A DNA stretch of 64,000 bases from an uncultured Gemmatimonadales bacterium (GTDB taxonomy: Bacteria; Gemmatimonadota; Gemmatimonadetes; Gemmatimonadales; GWC2-71-9). A model generated the notes under the pieces. That model made no database searches. It had not been told where the DNA came from and saw only the letters and a list, made by a program, of their open reading frames with translations. The position numbers and the translations under genes are program-made. The number at the start of each line of letters is the position of its first letter. The stretch's first letter is position 1. Shown piece after piece: positions 27,980 through 37,875 of the stretch. The DNA lies in the NCBI GenBank assembly GCA_963826065.1, contig CAWGVP010000003.1:224264-288263 (forward strand), given 5' to 3'.

Positions 27980-30778
27980 CTAATCGTCCGCCTCTCTCGC
28001 CCGGGGGAGTCGCACCCCCCGCACGTCGCGAACGAACTCCTTCCGACGCTCCGCCGGCACCAGCTCCTGCGCGACCGCCAGCGCCGGCTCCGGCCGCGAC
28101 ACCCGGGGCGCCCACTCCACCGGCCGCGCGGCGTCGGGGCGGAACTGGATGACCTGCTTCCAGCTCCGGGTGATCGCGTCGCCGAAGATCAGCACCAGGT
28201 CGCCCGCCTGCGCTTCCCGGAGCGCGGCATCCACCGCGGCCTGCTCGTCGGGAATCACGGCGATCTGCTCCCGCGGCGTGCCGTGCTCCAGCAGCGCGTC
28301 GCGCAGGAGAATGGGAACCTCGTCCGGCTCGCGTCCCCGGAGCTGGTCGTCGCGGCGGCAGATGTAGTACTCGAACCGGTTGGCCGCGATGCGCCCGATG
28401 TCCTTGATGTCCTCGTCACGGCGGTCACCCGGAGCGGCGAGCACGCAGATCCGCCGCCCGGCGACCTCGAGCCGCTCGACGAGATCGCACATCGCCTCCA
28501 CCGCCGCCGGATTGTGGCCGTAGTCGAGGATCACCTTGAACGGGTGCTCGTCGTAGATGTTCATCCGGCCCGGCGCCTGGAAGAACGTGGTGTCGAAGGT
28601 CCGGAGCCCGTGGCGGATGTCTTCCAGCTTGAGCCCCATGCTGAACGCCATCGCCGCGGCGAACATAGCGTTCTGCACGTTGTGCATCGCCCGGCCCTCG
28701 AGCGTCGCCGGGATCAGGTGGGTCCAGAGCAGCGGGATATGGGCGCCCTTGTCGTAGATGGTGATCATCTGGCCCTTGATCCCCGACTCCAGCACCAGGC
28801 CCCGCCCGCCCGCCTTGATGTGCTCGCCCACCAGCTCGTGGGTCGGGTCCATGGTCACGTAGCACAGGTGCTCGGCCTGGGTGTAGTCGGCCATCTTGAG
28901 GCAGAGCGGGTCGTCGGCGTTGAGCACCGCCGTGTCGCGGGCGATCTCCACCACGATCCGCTTCACCTGCGCCAGCTGCTCCAGCGTACCGATCCCGCGG
29001 AGCCCGAGGTGATCCGACTTCACGTTGAGCACCGCGCCCACGTCGCAGTGCCGGACGCCCATGCCGGCCCGGAGCAGGCCGCCGCGCGCCACCTCCAGCA
29101 CCGCGACGTCCACCGACGGATCGCCCAGTACCATCCGAGTCGCCACCGGGCCGGTCATGTCGCCGGCGACGGTGCGCTGGCCGTCGATGTACACGCCGTC
29201 GGTCGACGTGAGTCCCACGTGGTGGCCGGCCAGCTTCTCGATGTGGGCCAGCATCCGCGCCGTGGTGGTCTTGCCGTTGGTTCCCGTGACGGCGGCGATC
29301 GGAATCCGGCTCGGCGTACCGGGCGGAAAGAGCATGTCGATGACCGGACCGGCGACGTCGCGCGGACGGCCCTCGCTCGGCGCCATGTGCATCCGGAATC
29401 CGGGGGCGGCGTTGATCTCGCAGATCGCGCCCCCCACTTCCTTGTAGGACTCGGTGATGTCGGTGGAGAGGAAGTCCACCCCACCCACGTCGAGCCCGAT
29501 GGCCTTCACCGCGCGGGTGGCCATCTCGGCGTTGTCGGGGTGGACCACGTCGGTGAGGTCGGTGGCGGTCCCGCCGGTGGAGAGGTTGCCGGTGGAGCGG
29601 AGGAAGACTTGCTCGCCCGCGGCGGGCACCGACTGCCGGGTGTAGCCCTTCCGCTCCAGCATCGTCTCGGCCTGGTGATCGAAGTCGAGTCGGGTGAGCA
29701 CCTTCTCGTGGCCGATGCCGCGCCGCGGGTCCTGGTTCACCGCCTCGACCAGCTCCTCGATGGTGTGCACCCCGTCGCCCACCACGTGGCCGGGCACCCG
29801 CTTCGAGACCGCCACCAGCCGGCCGTCGATCACCAGCATCCGGTGGTCGTCGCCGCTGATGAAGGTCTCCACGATGACGCTGCGGCTGTGCTCCCGGGCC
29901 ACGTGGAACGCGGCCCGCACCTCCTCCGGCGTGGTGATGTGGATGGTGATCCCCCGGCCGTGGTTCGCGTTGAAGGGCTTCACCACCACCGGGTATCCGA
30001 TCGCCTCGGCCGCCTCCACGGCGTCCTCCGCGCCCTGGACCAGTCGCTGCCTTGGCACCGGGAGGCCGAGGTTGGCGAGGATGCGGTTGGTCTCCTCCTT
30101 GTCGGAGGCGAGCTCCACCGCGATGTGGGAGGTGCGGCCGGTGACCGTCGCCTGGATCCGCTGCTGGTAGCGCCCGTGCCCGAACTGGATCAGGCTCTGC
30201 TCGCTGACCCGGATCCAGGGGATCTTCCGCTCTTCCGCGGCACGCACCAGCGACATCGTGCTGGGACCCAGATGCCGACGCTGGGCGTAGCGGATGAACT
30301 CGTCCCGCTCCGCGGCGAAGTCGAAGTCCCGCGGCACCGCGCCCTCGGGCCTGAGCTCGGCGGGGAGCAGCGAGTGGAGCAGCATCAGCCCCAGTCGGCC
30401 CGCCTCGAGCCCCACGTCTTCCTGTTCGTACTGATAGATGACGTGGTACTGGCCGGTGGCGCCGTGGGAGCGCGTCTTCCCGAAGGTGACCGGCTCACCC
30501 GCCACGTTCTGGAGCTCGATGGCCACGTGCTCCAGGATGTGCCCCATCCAGGTGCCGTCGTCCTCCGTCAGCCGCCGGATGAAACCGCCCGGCTTGCCGT
30601 AGGAGCAGGTATGCTCCTGCAGGCCAGGCAGCGCCGCCACCAGCCCGTCGGTGAACCCGCGGCCCAGCTTGACCGACGGCCAGCTCTCCAGCTCGCCCAG
30701 GTCCACGTCGAGACGGATGACCGGAAAGTGCGCATAGAGGCTGGGGCCGACGTAGACGGCCTTGTCGAGAATACGCAT
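27980..30778 (-). CDS. cphA: Cyanophycin synthetase
   Basis: Own AAGGAG RBS; HILEH N domain, LGPST, ATP-grasp VVKP…NHGRG, NLSTGG, EINAAPG; M domain TGTNGKTT. Confidence 0.96.
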   Translation of the reverse strand: MRILDKAVYVGPSLYAHFPVIRLDVDLGELESWPSVKLGRGFTDGLVAALPGLQEHTCSYGKPGGFIRRLTEDDGTWMGHILEHVAIELQNVAGEPVTFGKTRSHGATGQYHVIYQYEQEDVGLEAGRLGLMLLHSLLPAELRPEGAVPRDFDFAAERDEFIRYAQRRHLGPSTMSLVRAAEERKIPWIRVSEQSLIQFGHGRYQQRIQATVTGRTSHIAVELASDKEETNRILANLGLPVPRQRLVQGAEDAVEAAEAIGYPVVVKPFNANHGRGITIHITTPEEVRAAFHVAREHSRSVIVETFISGDDHRMLVIDGRLVAVSKRVPGHVVGDGVHTIEELVEAVNQDPRRGIGHEKVLTRLDFDHQAETMLERKGYTRQSVPAAGEQVFLRSTGNLSTGGTATDLTDVVHPDNAEMATRAVKAIGLDVGGVDFLSTDITESYKEVGGAICEINAAPGFRMHMAPSEGRPRDVAGPVIDMLFPPGTPSRIPIAAVTGTNGKTTTARMLAHIEKLAGHHVGLTSTDGVYIDGQRTVAGDMTGPVATRMVLGDPSVDVAVLEVARGGLLRAGMGVRHCDVGAVLNVKSDHLGLRGIGTLEQLAQVKRIVVEIARDTAVLNADDPLCLKMADYTQAEHLCYVTMDPTHELVGEHIKAGGRGLVLESGIKGQMITIYDKGAHIPLLWTHLIPATLEGRAMHNVQNAMFAAAMAFSMGLKLEDIRHGLRTFDTTFFQAPGRMNIYDEHPFKVILDYGHNPAAVEAMCDLVERLEVAGRRICVLAAPGDRRDEDIKDIGRIAANRFEYYICRRDDQLRGREPDEVPILLRDALLEHGTPREQIAVIPDEQAAVDAALREAQAGDLVLIFGDAITRSWKQVIQFRPDAARPVEWAPRVSRPEPALAVAQELVPAERRKEFVRDVRGVRLPRAREADD

Positions 30779-30801
30779 TGGTGGTGGTGCTCCTTGATGA
30801 C

Positions 30802-31620
30802 CTACCGCTTCGCAATCACCGGCGGCGCCGTCGCCACTCTGCTGTGCAGGTTGAACGTGGACCCTTCGTTCAGGATGTGCAGCCGCAGGCCGATCAGACA
30901 GACCGGATCGTTCTTGCGCACTTTCGCCATGGAGGAGAACTCGAGCTCCGAGGGGTCCACGATGGTGAGCGCCCCGCTGCCCACCACCTCCAGCGTCTCG
31001 TCCGGCCCGATGAACCCGGCCGTGTTCTCGTCCAGCCCGATCCCGACGGCGAACGGATTGTACGCCAGGGCCGTGAGCAGCCTGCCCAGGCGATCGCGCT
31101 GTCGGAAATGTTGGTCGATGATGACGCGGTTGGTAAGACCCAGTCCCGGGGCGAGGGTCACGATCTTGGTCCGGGGGGAGGCGCCCTCGCGGCCGAAGGC
31201 GATCATGTGCTCGCAGAGGAAGGCGGCGCCGGCGGAGGTGCCGGCCACGTGCACCCCCTCGCTGTTCCGGCGGCGCAGCGCCTTGGCGACCTGGGTGCCG
31301 CCGATCATGGTGCTGAGCCGGAGCTGATTGCCGCCGGTGAGGAAGACACCCTCCACCTCGTCCAGCACGTCGAGCCACTCCCGGCGCTCGCAGTCGGCCC
31401 GGCTCGCGATCGGAAGCGAGCGCGCGACCTTCACGCCCAGGGAGTGGAACAGCTCCTCGTATCGCCCGCCGGTCTCGGCCAGCTCGGATGCGGTCGGGAT
31501 GATGGCGATCCGGCTGTCCTTGCCGCCGCAGAGCTGAGCGAACCGCCGCAGGATCGCGACGTCGCCGATCTTCTCCTCGGCGCCGCCCACCGGCACGATG
31601 TACCCTCGGGTTCCTGCCAC
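30802..31620 (-). CDS. cphB: Cyanophycinase
   Basis: GGAEEK, IPTAS, TGGNQLRL, GTSAG nucleophile, DQHF, GLDENT. Confidence 0.95.
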   Translation of the reverse strand: MAGTRGYIVPVGGAEEKIGDVAILRRFAQLCGGKDSRIAIIPTASELAETGGRYEELFHSLGVKVARSLPIASRADCERREWLDVLDEVEGVFLTGGNQLRLSTMIGGTQVAKALRRRNSEGVHVAGTSAGAAFLCEHMIAFGREGASPRTKIVTLAPGLGLTNRVIIDQHFRQRDRLGRLLTALAYNPFAVGIGLDENTAGFIGPDETLEVVGSGALTIVDPSELEFSSMAKVRKNDPVCLIGLRLHILNEGSTFNLHSRVATAPPVIAKR

Positions 31621-31678
31621 CCGCTCCCTCCGCTGGAAGTTGAGCGCCGGGGAAAATACACGATTCGGGGGACCCGGC

Positions 31679-31784
31679 GTCATCCCGAGCGCAGCGAGGG
31701 ATCGGCCGGCTCATGAGCGTGAGCATCGGAGGTATCCCTACTCACTCGCTTGCCGGGCCGATCCCTCGCTGCGCTCGGGATGAC
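31679..31784. repeat. GTC-tagged palindromic repeat, copy 3 (long form)
   Basis: GTCATCCCGAGCGCAGCGAGGGATCGGCC…GGCCGATCCCTCGCTGCGCTCGGGATGAC. Confidence 0.85.
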
Positions 31785-31794
31785 CAGCGCCTGC

Positions 31795-32952
31795 CTACTC
31801 GAACGTCCCCCGTACCACTGCCTGCCCCCCCTGTACGTGCCAGCGTCCCCGGGCCATCACGTCCGACACGGCGCCCGTCTCGTCGAGCACCACCACGTCC
31901 GCGTCCGCGCCCACCGCCAGACGTCCCTTGCGCGGGAGCATCAGCACCCGCGCCGGATTCGCGGTGAACGCCGGCAGTACCCGCTCGAGCGGCTGGCCGG
32001 CGGCGAGCAGCTCGCGGAGTGCCCCGCCCACGGCCGCCGGCTCCCCGACGCCCATGTCCACCACTCGTCCCTCCCCGTCGAACACCGGGAAGCAGCCGCC
32101 GCCGTCGGAGCTTAGGGTGACCCGCTCCGCCGGCAGGCCGGCGTCGAGGTAGCGGACCAGGGCATCGGGCGCGCTCCACGCGTCCTCACCGGGCTCGACC
32201 GGAAATGCGGTGAGATCGATGGTGCACCCCCGCTGCGCGAGGGCGATGGCCTCGTCGAAGAGCCCGCGGCGGCGGTTGACGTGGGTAGGATGGAAGACCG
32301 CGGCGGGGATCTCGCTGTGGTCGAGCGCGTCGCGGATCGGCGCCAGGCCGCGGGCGCCGTCGCCCACGTGCAGATGGAGGAGCCCCGCTTTGCCGCTCAT
32401 CAGCCCGCCCACGTGCACGTCGCCCGCGACTCGCAGCAGCTCGTTCCGCGTGGGCTGGCTGGACCGGTGATCGCTGATCGCCAGCTCGCCGACGCCGAGC
32501 ACCAGGTCGATCAGCACCAGGTCCCGCCGCACGTCGCCGGTGACGGTCGCGGGCGGGACGTGGTATCCGCCGGTGAGGCAGTAGGCGGTGAGGCCCTCCA
32601 TCGTGAGGCCGCGCGCCACCGTGACCAGCTCCGCCGGCGTCCGGATGGCGTCGTCGGTGCCCAGCACCCCGACCGCCGTCGTCACGCCGCCCCGGGTCAG
32701 CCGGCTCAGCGCCACCGGCGGCACCCGGGTGTGCGGGCCGGCCTCGCCCCCGCCGCCGGTGAGGTGCACGTGGCAGTCGATGAGTCCGGGGACGACCCGC
32801 CGGCCCTCGAGATCGCGCTCGTGGGCAAGGCCGCGTGGGAGCGAGGGCTTCTCGGCGCCGATCCAGACGACGGTTTCCCCCGCCACGAGCAGATGGGCCC
32901 GGCCGCGGGGCGAGGGGTCGTAGAGGTCGGCGTTCAGAAGGAGGGAGAGCAT
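31795..32952 (-). CDS. iadA: Isoaspartyl dipeptidase (beta-aspartyl peptidase)
   Basis: HVHLTGGGGEAG, GVLGTD, GELAISDHRSS, HLHVGDG, PTHVNR, SSDG. Confidence 0.93.
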   Translation of the reverse strand: MLSLLLNADLYDPSPRGRAHLLVAGETVVWIGAEKPSLPRGLAHERDLEGRRVVPGLIDCHVHLTGGGGEAGPHTRVPPVALSRLTRGGVTTAVGVLGTDDAIRTPAELVTVARGLTMEGLTAYCLTGGYHVPPATVTGDVRRDLVLIDLVLGVGELAISDHRSSQPTRNELLRVAGDVHVGGLMSGKAGLLHLHVGDGARGLAPIRDALDHSEIPAAVFHPTHVNRRRGLFDEAIALAQRGCTIDLTAFPVEPGEDAWSAPDALVRYLDAGLPAERVTLSSDGGGCFPVFDGEGRVVDMGVGEPAAVGGALRELLAAGQPLERVLPAFTANPARVLMLPRKGRLAVGADADVVVLDETGAVSDVMARGRWHVQGGQAVVRGTFE

Positions 32953-32967
32953 GGGGCGAATGATATG

Positions 32968-33033
32968 GTCACCCTGAGCGAAGCGAAGGGGACATGCGAC
33001 GGTTCATGGCTCCTTCGCTTCGCTCAGGATGAC
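32968..33033. repeat. GTC-tagged palindromic repeat, copy 4
   Basis: GTCACCCTGAGCGAAGCGAAGGGG…TCCTTCGCTTCGCTCAGGATGAC. Confidence 0.85.
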
Positions 33034-33053
33034 ACGTGGGAGGGCGAAAAGCC

Positions 33054-34325
33054 TCACTCCAGCCGGAACCCCCCCACCGCCCCCGTGAGCCGCGCCGCCG
33101 CGTCCGCCAGGTGCCCCGCCGACGACGAGATCTCCTCGGTGGACGCATTGAGCTCTTCCGCCGCCGCCGCGATCTCCTGGGCCGCCGCCGCGTAGTCCTC
33201 GGTGCCGGCCGACACCTCGCGCATGCGCCCGGCGATCCCCTCGATCAATCCCTGGACCTCGCCCGCCGAGGCCGAGATGCCCCGGGTCCACTCGTCGTTC
33301 GCCTCGGCGTCCGCCGCCACGTTCATCAGGCCCTCCGCCGCGGCGTGCGCCGCGTCGCGCGCGGCCATGCCGCTCTTGCCGAGTCGGAGCAGCCGCTCCC
33401 GCGCCGTGCTCACCCGCGAGAGCACCGCCTGCACCGTGTCGCTGGTGGAGGTCGCGGCCTGGGCGGCCTGCGCGGCCAGCTTCCGGACCTCCTCCGCGAC
33501 GACGCTGAAGCCCTTGCCCTCCTCGCCCGCGCGCGCGGCCTCGATCGAAGCGTTCAGCGCGAGCATGTGCGTCTGCTTGGCGATCGCCTTGGTCTGGGTG
33601 ATGAACTTCTCGATCTCCGCCGACGCGGCCGCGAGCGCCTCGGCCTCCGTTGCCGCGGCCTTCACCTCTTCCGCGAGTCGCCCCAGCTCCGTGGTACTGA
33701 GATCGAGCCGCTCCCGGTGGCCCCGGGCCAGCCTGGCCAGCGCGGCGTTGCGCTGGGCCGACTGCTCCGCGCCCGACGCCAGCCCCTGGGTGATGGTGAG
33801 GATCTTGCCCGCGTCCTCCGCCGCGCGCCGGACCACCAGCGCTTGCTGGCTGGCCCGCTCGGTGAGGTCGCCCGTGGTCCCGGCGACCTCCTGGGTGGAG
33901 GCGGTCATCTGCTGGGTGGAGGCCGCGATCTCTTCCGCCATCGCCGCCGCGTCGTGGGCGTGCTGCCGGATGGTGCCCACCAGATCCCGAAGCTTGCCGA
34001 GCATCGCGAACATCGTCTTGGTGAGCGAATCCTTCGGCGCGTGTCCCGGCCTGGTGCTCCACGAGGGGATGCCGAGGTCGCCGTCGGCGATCCGCAGCGC
34101 GAGGTTGGCCGCCACCCCGGTGGGCGACAGGATGTGTCGCACCATCACCCAGATGACGATCTGCTCCAGCACCACCGCGATCGCGGTGAACAGCACGAGC
34201 CCGCGCAGCATGGCCGGCCAGCCGAGGGGCGCGAGGAGCCATGCCACCACCGCCACCAGCACGGCCACCACCGAGAGCGCCGTGAAGTGCAGCTTGTAGA
34301 GGTACCTGGTGCGGGCGGGCGCCAT
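33054..34325 (-). CDS. Methyl-accepting chemotaxis protein (2 TM, HAMP, signalling domain)
   Basis: [37 protein letters not shown]. Confidence 0.92.
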   Translation of the reverse strand: MAPARTRYLYKLHFTALSVVAVLVAVVAWLLAPLGWPAMLRGLVLFTAIAVVLEQIVIWVMVRHILSPTGVAANLALRIADGDLGIPSWSTRPGHAPKDSLTKTMFAMLGKLRDLVGTIRQHAHDAAAMAEEIAASTQQMTASTQEVAGTTGDLTERASQQALVVRRAAEDAGKILTITQGLASGAEQSAQRNAALARLARGHRERLDLSTTELGRLAEEVKAAATEAEALAAASAEIEKFITQTKAIAKQTHMLALNASIEAARAGEEGKGFSVVAEEVRKLAAQAAQAATSTSDTVQAVLSRVSTARERLLRLGKSGMAARDAAHAAAEGLMNVAADAEANDEWTRGISASAGEVQGLIEGIAGRMREVSAGTEDYAAAAQEIAAAAEELNASTEEISSSAGHLADAAARLTGAVGGFRLE

Positions 34326-34328
34326 GGC

Positions 34329-37121
34329 CTACGAGGCGTCGCGCGGCACGGCCGCCTTCGGCGCCGCCGCACCGTGATGGTGGCCATGGTGGGGGATCAG
34401 GGACCGGCGGCCGGCCAGCATCCGCTCCACCGCCTCCGCCGGCAGCGCCCGCGCGAAGTAGTGCCCCTGGCCGAGCGGGCAGCCCAGCTCGATCAGCGCG
34501 GCACGCTGCTCGGCCATCTCGATGCCTTCCGCCACCGTCTGCAGCCGCAGCGTGTCGCTCAATCCGATGATGGCCCGGGCCAGGGCGGCGCGCTCGGCGC
34601 CGAGCGCCACTTCTTCGACGAACGGCTTCGCGATCTTCAGAATGTCGATCGGGAAGCGCTGGAGGTAACTGAGCGAGGAGTAGCCGGTGCCGAAATCGTC
34701 GATCGCCAGACGGACGCCCAGCTTCTTCAGGGTCTGGAGCCGCTCGAGCACCGAGTCGGTCTGCTGCATCAGCACACTCTCGGTGATCTCCAGCACGATG
34801 GCCGACGGATCCACGCCCGAGGTGGCGAGCGCATCGCTCAGCGCGTCGGCGATGCCGGGCCCCTGGAGCTGGCGGCTGGAGATGTTGACCGAGACCGAGA
34901 GCGGCGAGGCGGGGAACGCGAGGCGCCAGGCCTGGACCTGCCGGCACGCCTCGTCCAGCACCCAGCTCCCCAGCTTGACGATGAGCCCGGTCTCCTCCGC
35001 CAGCGGAATGAAGTGTTGCGGGAGGAGGTGGCCGTACGTCTGGTGCTCCCAGCGCACCAGCGCCTCGACGCCGTAGATCGCGCCGGTGGCGAGCTGGACG
35101 ATCGGCTGGTAGTGCAGGCTCAGCTCGCCGGTGTCGATCGCGGCCCGGAGCGCGGCCTCCATCTCCAGCCGGTGGCGCACGTCGGCGTACATCCGCGACT
35201 CGTAGGTCTCCGACCGGCCCTTGCCCCGGCGCTTGGCGGCGTACATCGCGACGTCGGCGTTGCGCAGCAGGTCGTCGGCGGTGTCGCCCACCGAGGCGGT
35301 GGCGACGCCGATGCTGGCGGTGACCTGCACCTGGTTGCCGCTGAGGGTGAACGGGTGGCCCATCGCCGTCGCGAGACGCTCGAGCAGCTCGCCCCGGCCG
35401 TCCGGTCCCGCCGCGTGCTCGATGAGGATCGCGAACTCGTCGCCGCCGAGCCGGGCGACGGTGTCGGCGGCGCGGGCGCAGGAGAGGAACCGCTCCGCCG
35501 CCGAGATGAGCAGGCGGTCGCCCTCGGCGTGGCCCAGGCTGTCGTTCACCCGCTTGAAGTCGTCCAGGTCGAGGAAGAGGACGGTGATCGGGTGCGACTG
35601 CCGTTGCGCCAGCGCCAGCGCGTGGCTCACCCGGTCCCGGAAGAGCGCGCGGTTGGCGAGGCCGGTGAGCGGGTCGTGGAACGCCTGGTGGGTGAGCTGC
35701 TCCTCCAGCCGCTTCCGCTCGCTCACGTCGCGGGTGTTGAGCACGATGCCGCGCACCGTCGGGTCGCCGGTGAGGTTCGTCGCCAGGATCTCGGCGCTGA
35801 GCCAGGAGCCGTCGGGCTGGCGGAAGCGCCATTCCACGGGGCCGGTCACGCCGGGCGTACGGGAGGCATGCTCGAACAGCGTGGCGGCGCGGGGGCTGTC
35901 GTCGGGGTGGAGCAGGCTGGTGATCTGCCGGCCCACCATCTCCGAAGGGTCGTAGCCGAACACCCGGTTGGCGGAGGGGCTCACGAATCGCATCGTGCCG
36001 TTGGCCCGGGTCACGATGATGACGTCGGACGAGTGCTGCACCAGCGAGCGGAACCGCGCCTCGTTCTGCCGCACCGCCTGATCGGCGAGCAGCCGGACGT
36101 TCTCCCGCACCGCGAGGAGCTGCCGGACCACCACCAGCAGCGTCACCAGCAGGGCGCCGACCGCGAGCCCGCTGACCGGGTCGGTCCACGGCTCGATCAC
36201 GGCGTTGATCAGCAGGGCGTAGGTGCTCCCCACCGCCAGGTAGGGCAGGGGGCTGATCGGCTGAGTTCGGGGCCGTGGGGTCGCGCCGGTCGCGGTGCGC
36301 GGCACCGGGCGCCGGTAGTACAGCTCCGCGCCCGCGATCAGCATCACGTAGCAGAGCAGGTACGCGCCGTCGACGATGCTCGCGCTCCGCCCGCCGGTCT
36401 CCAGCGACACCAGGTTGAAGGTGAGGTCGGCCACCACGCTGATGGTGACCGCGCCGACCAGCAGGCCGAAGGCGACCCGGTTCCCGTCGGTCGGCCGGCG
36501 CAGGATCACGGTGGTGATGCCGAGCAGGACCAGCATGCTCACCAGCGGGTAGGCGAAGGCCAGCAGCGTGATGATCGTGTCGGTGTTGCCCAGCTCGGTC
36601 GTGGGCCGGATCGAGAAGTACCAGATCACCACCGCGCCGCCGACCAGCACCATCGCGGCGTCGAGCCCGAACTTCCAGCGCTCCAACCGGGTGCGCCGGG
36701 CGAGCGGGAACGAGAGCAGGGCGGCGAGGATGAGGAGCGAGTCGGAGAGGTAGAAGACGTCGGCCCAGGAGATCGGCGGGTTCTCCTGGAGCACCATCAG
36801 ATACCAGGTCGAGATCGCGTTGCCGATGAAGACCATCGCCGAGCCCAGCGCCAGGAGGCGGAGGGCGCGGCGGACACCGGGATCGAGCACGGGCAGCCGG
36901 GAGGCCAGCCCGGTCAGCGTCACCACCGCGATGTTGAGCGGCATGAAGGCGACGTTGCTCACCAGGTTCCGGATGGTGGGCGTGCCCCAATCGTTCCGCT
37001 CCCACACCAGGTACCCCACGGCGTAGAGCAGGGTCACGAAGGTGGCGGTCAGCGCCGGGATGCGACGGCGGGCGGGCGCGTCAGCTGAAATGGCGATCTC
37101 TCCGGGACGGTTCGGCAGCAT
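34329..37121 (-). CDS. Membrane-bound PAS-GGDEF-EAL diguanylate cyclase/phosphodiesterase
   Basis: Multi-TM N-terminus, PAS, RxxD I-site (RAAD) plus GGDEF, EAL, DDFGTGYSS. Confidence 0.93.
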   Translation of the reverse strand: MLPNRPGEIAISADAPARRRIPALTATFVTLLYAVGYLVWERNDWGTPTIRNLVSNVAFMPLNIAVVTLTGLASRLPVLDPGVRRALRLLALGSAMVFIGNAISTWYLMVLQENPPISWADVFYLSDSLLILAALLSFPLARRTRLERWKFGLDAAMVLVGGAVVIWYFSIRPTTELGNTDTIITLLAFAYPLVSMLVLLGITTVILRRPTDGNRVAFGLLVGAVTISVVADLTFNLVSLETGGRSASIVDGAYLLCYVMLIAGAELYYRRPVPRTATGATPRPRTQPISPLPYLAVGSTYALLINAVIEPWTDPVSGLAVGALLVTLLVVVRQLLAVRENVRLLADQAVRQNEARFRSLVQHSSDVIIVTRANGTMRFVSPSANRVFGYDPSEMVGRQITSLLHPDDSPRAATLFEHASRTPGVTGPVEWRFRQPDGSWLSAEILATNLTGDPTVRGIVLNTRDVSERKRLEEQLTHQAFHDPLTGLANRALFRDRVSHALALAQRQSHPITVLFLDLDDFKRVNDSLGHAEGDRLLISAAERFLSCARAADTVARLGGDEFAILIEHAAGPDGRGELLERLATAMGHPFTLSGNQVQVTASIGVATASVGDTADDLLRNADVAMYAAKRRGKGRSETYESRMYADVRHRLEMEAALRAAIDTGELSLHYQPIVQLATGAIYGVEALVRWEHQTYGHLLPQHFIPLAEETGLIVKLGSWVLDEACRQVQAWRLAFPASPLSVSVNISSRQLQGPGIADALSDALATSGVDPSAIVLEITESVLMQQTDSVLERLQTLKKLGVRLAIDDFGTGYSSLSYLQRFPIDILKIAKPFVEEVALGAERAALARAIIGLSDTLRLQTVAEGIEMAEQRAALIELGCPLGQGHYFARALPAEAVERMLAGRRSLIPHHGHHHGAAAPKAAVPRDAS

Positions 37122-37239
37122 GCGCTAGGAGCGTGGCATTCTGCAATTTCTGGCAGTGCCGAAGCCTGGTCGCAAGTACAATGTGATCAAGACTGTAGCT
37201 GCCGGCCGGCCGAGCCGGGAGCCCCGGGGGGTGGGGTTG

Positions 37240-37254
37240 GCAATGATAGTGCCG
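37240..37254 (-). promoter_or_regulatory. Sigma54 (-24/-12) promoter for the GGDEF/EAL-MCP operon
   Basis: Minus strand CGGCAC-TATCA-TTGC with exact GG-N10-GC spacing. Confidence 0.6.
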
Positions 37255-37299
37255 CGGACGGGGTTAGGGGAGGGGAGGGGAAGGAGTGTCACCGGAACG

Positions 37300-37367
37300 T
37301 GTCAGCCTGAGCGAAGTGAAGGCGGCCGTGACCGGGCATGGCCTCCTTCGCTTCGCTCAGGATGACA
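37300..37367. repeat. GTC-tagged palindromic repeat, copy 5
   Basis: TGTCAGCCTGAGCGAAGTGAAGG…CCTTCGCTTCGCTCAGGATGACA. Confidence 0.85.
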
Positions 37368-37383
37368 GTGCCATCGTGACGTC

Positions 37384-37875
37384 CTACTTCATCGTCGCGA
37401 GCAGCCGGTCCAGCGCCGCGTAGCTCTCGTTGAGCCCGCCCTCCATCCCCGACTGGAGCATCCCGTCCCGCTCCTCGGTGGTGTGGAACAGGCTCACATT
37501 GACGACCTTGGTGCGACCCGGACCCGCGTCCTCCAGCGTCACCGTCTCGATGATGACGTACGCCGGCATCCCGTCCCACTCGAAGGTGTGGACCAGGCGG
37601 GTCATCGGCGTGACCTCGCGGTACCGCCCCTCGAACCCGTGCACGCCCTCGGGCCCGTGCTCGACGAAGCGCCAGTGGCCGCCCTTCTCGACTTCCATTC
37701 GCTCGATGACCAGCTTGTTGCCGCGGCCCCACCACTGCGCGACCAGCTTCGGGTCGGTGAATGCCTGCCACACGCGGTCGCGGGGCGCGTCGAACACGCG
37801 CTCGACCCGGATCTCGCGATCGCTGGGGGTGGTTACCGTCGCCTTGCGGGTGGCGTCCTTCACGGCTGCGCTCAT
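37384..37875 (-). CDS. SRPBCC/AHSA1 family protein
   Basis: RVFDAPRDRVWQAFTDP…WWG, GGHWRF, SGMEGG..ESY..LD. Confidence 0.9.
   Translation of the reverse strand: MSAAVKDATRKATVTTPSDREIRVERVFDAPRDRVWQAFTDPKLVAQWWGRGNKLVIERMEVEKGGHWRFVEHGPEGVHGFEGRYREVTPMTRLVHTFEWDGMPAYVIIETVTLEDAGPGRTKVVNVSLFHTTEERDGMLQSGMEGGLNESYAALDRLLATMK

Noticed and set aside
28283..31327. 1014-aa antisense ORF over cphA/cphB
   Set aside because: Antisense mirror frame of strongly biased codons
27980..31726. 1248-aa ORF suggesting a giant CphA or a CphB-CphA fusion
   Set aside because: The extra 316 codons are an Arg/Gly/Pro-rich alternate frame over cphB; cphA has its own RBS and a typical start at 30778, and cphB has its own stop
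33004..37088. Two ORFs of more than 1300 aa overlapping the GGDEF-EAL and MCP genes
   Set aside because: Shadow frames expected in high-GC coding DNA; no recognisable motifs
23689..37367. GTCATCC repeats as a CRISPR array
   Set aside because: Dispersed over kilobases, variable length, no regular spacers and no cas genes
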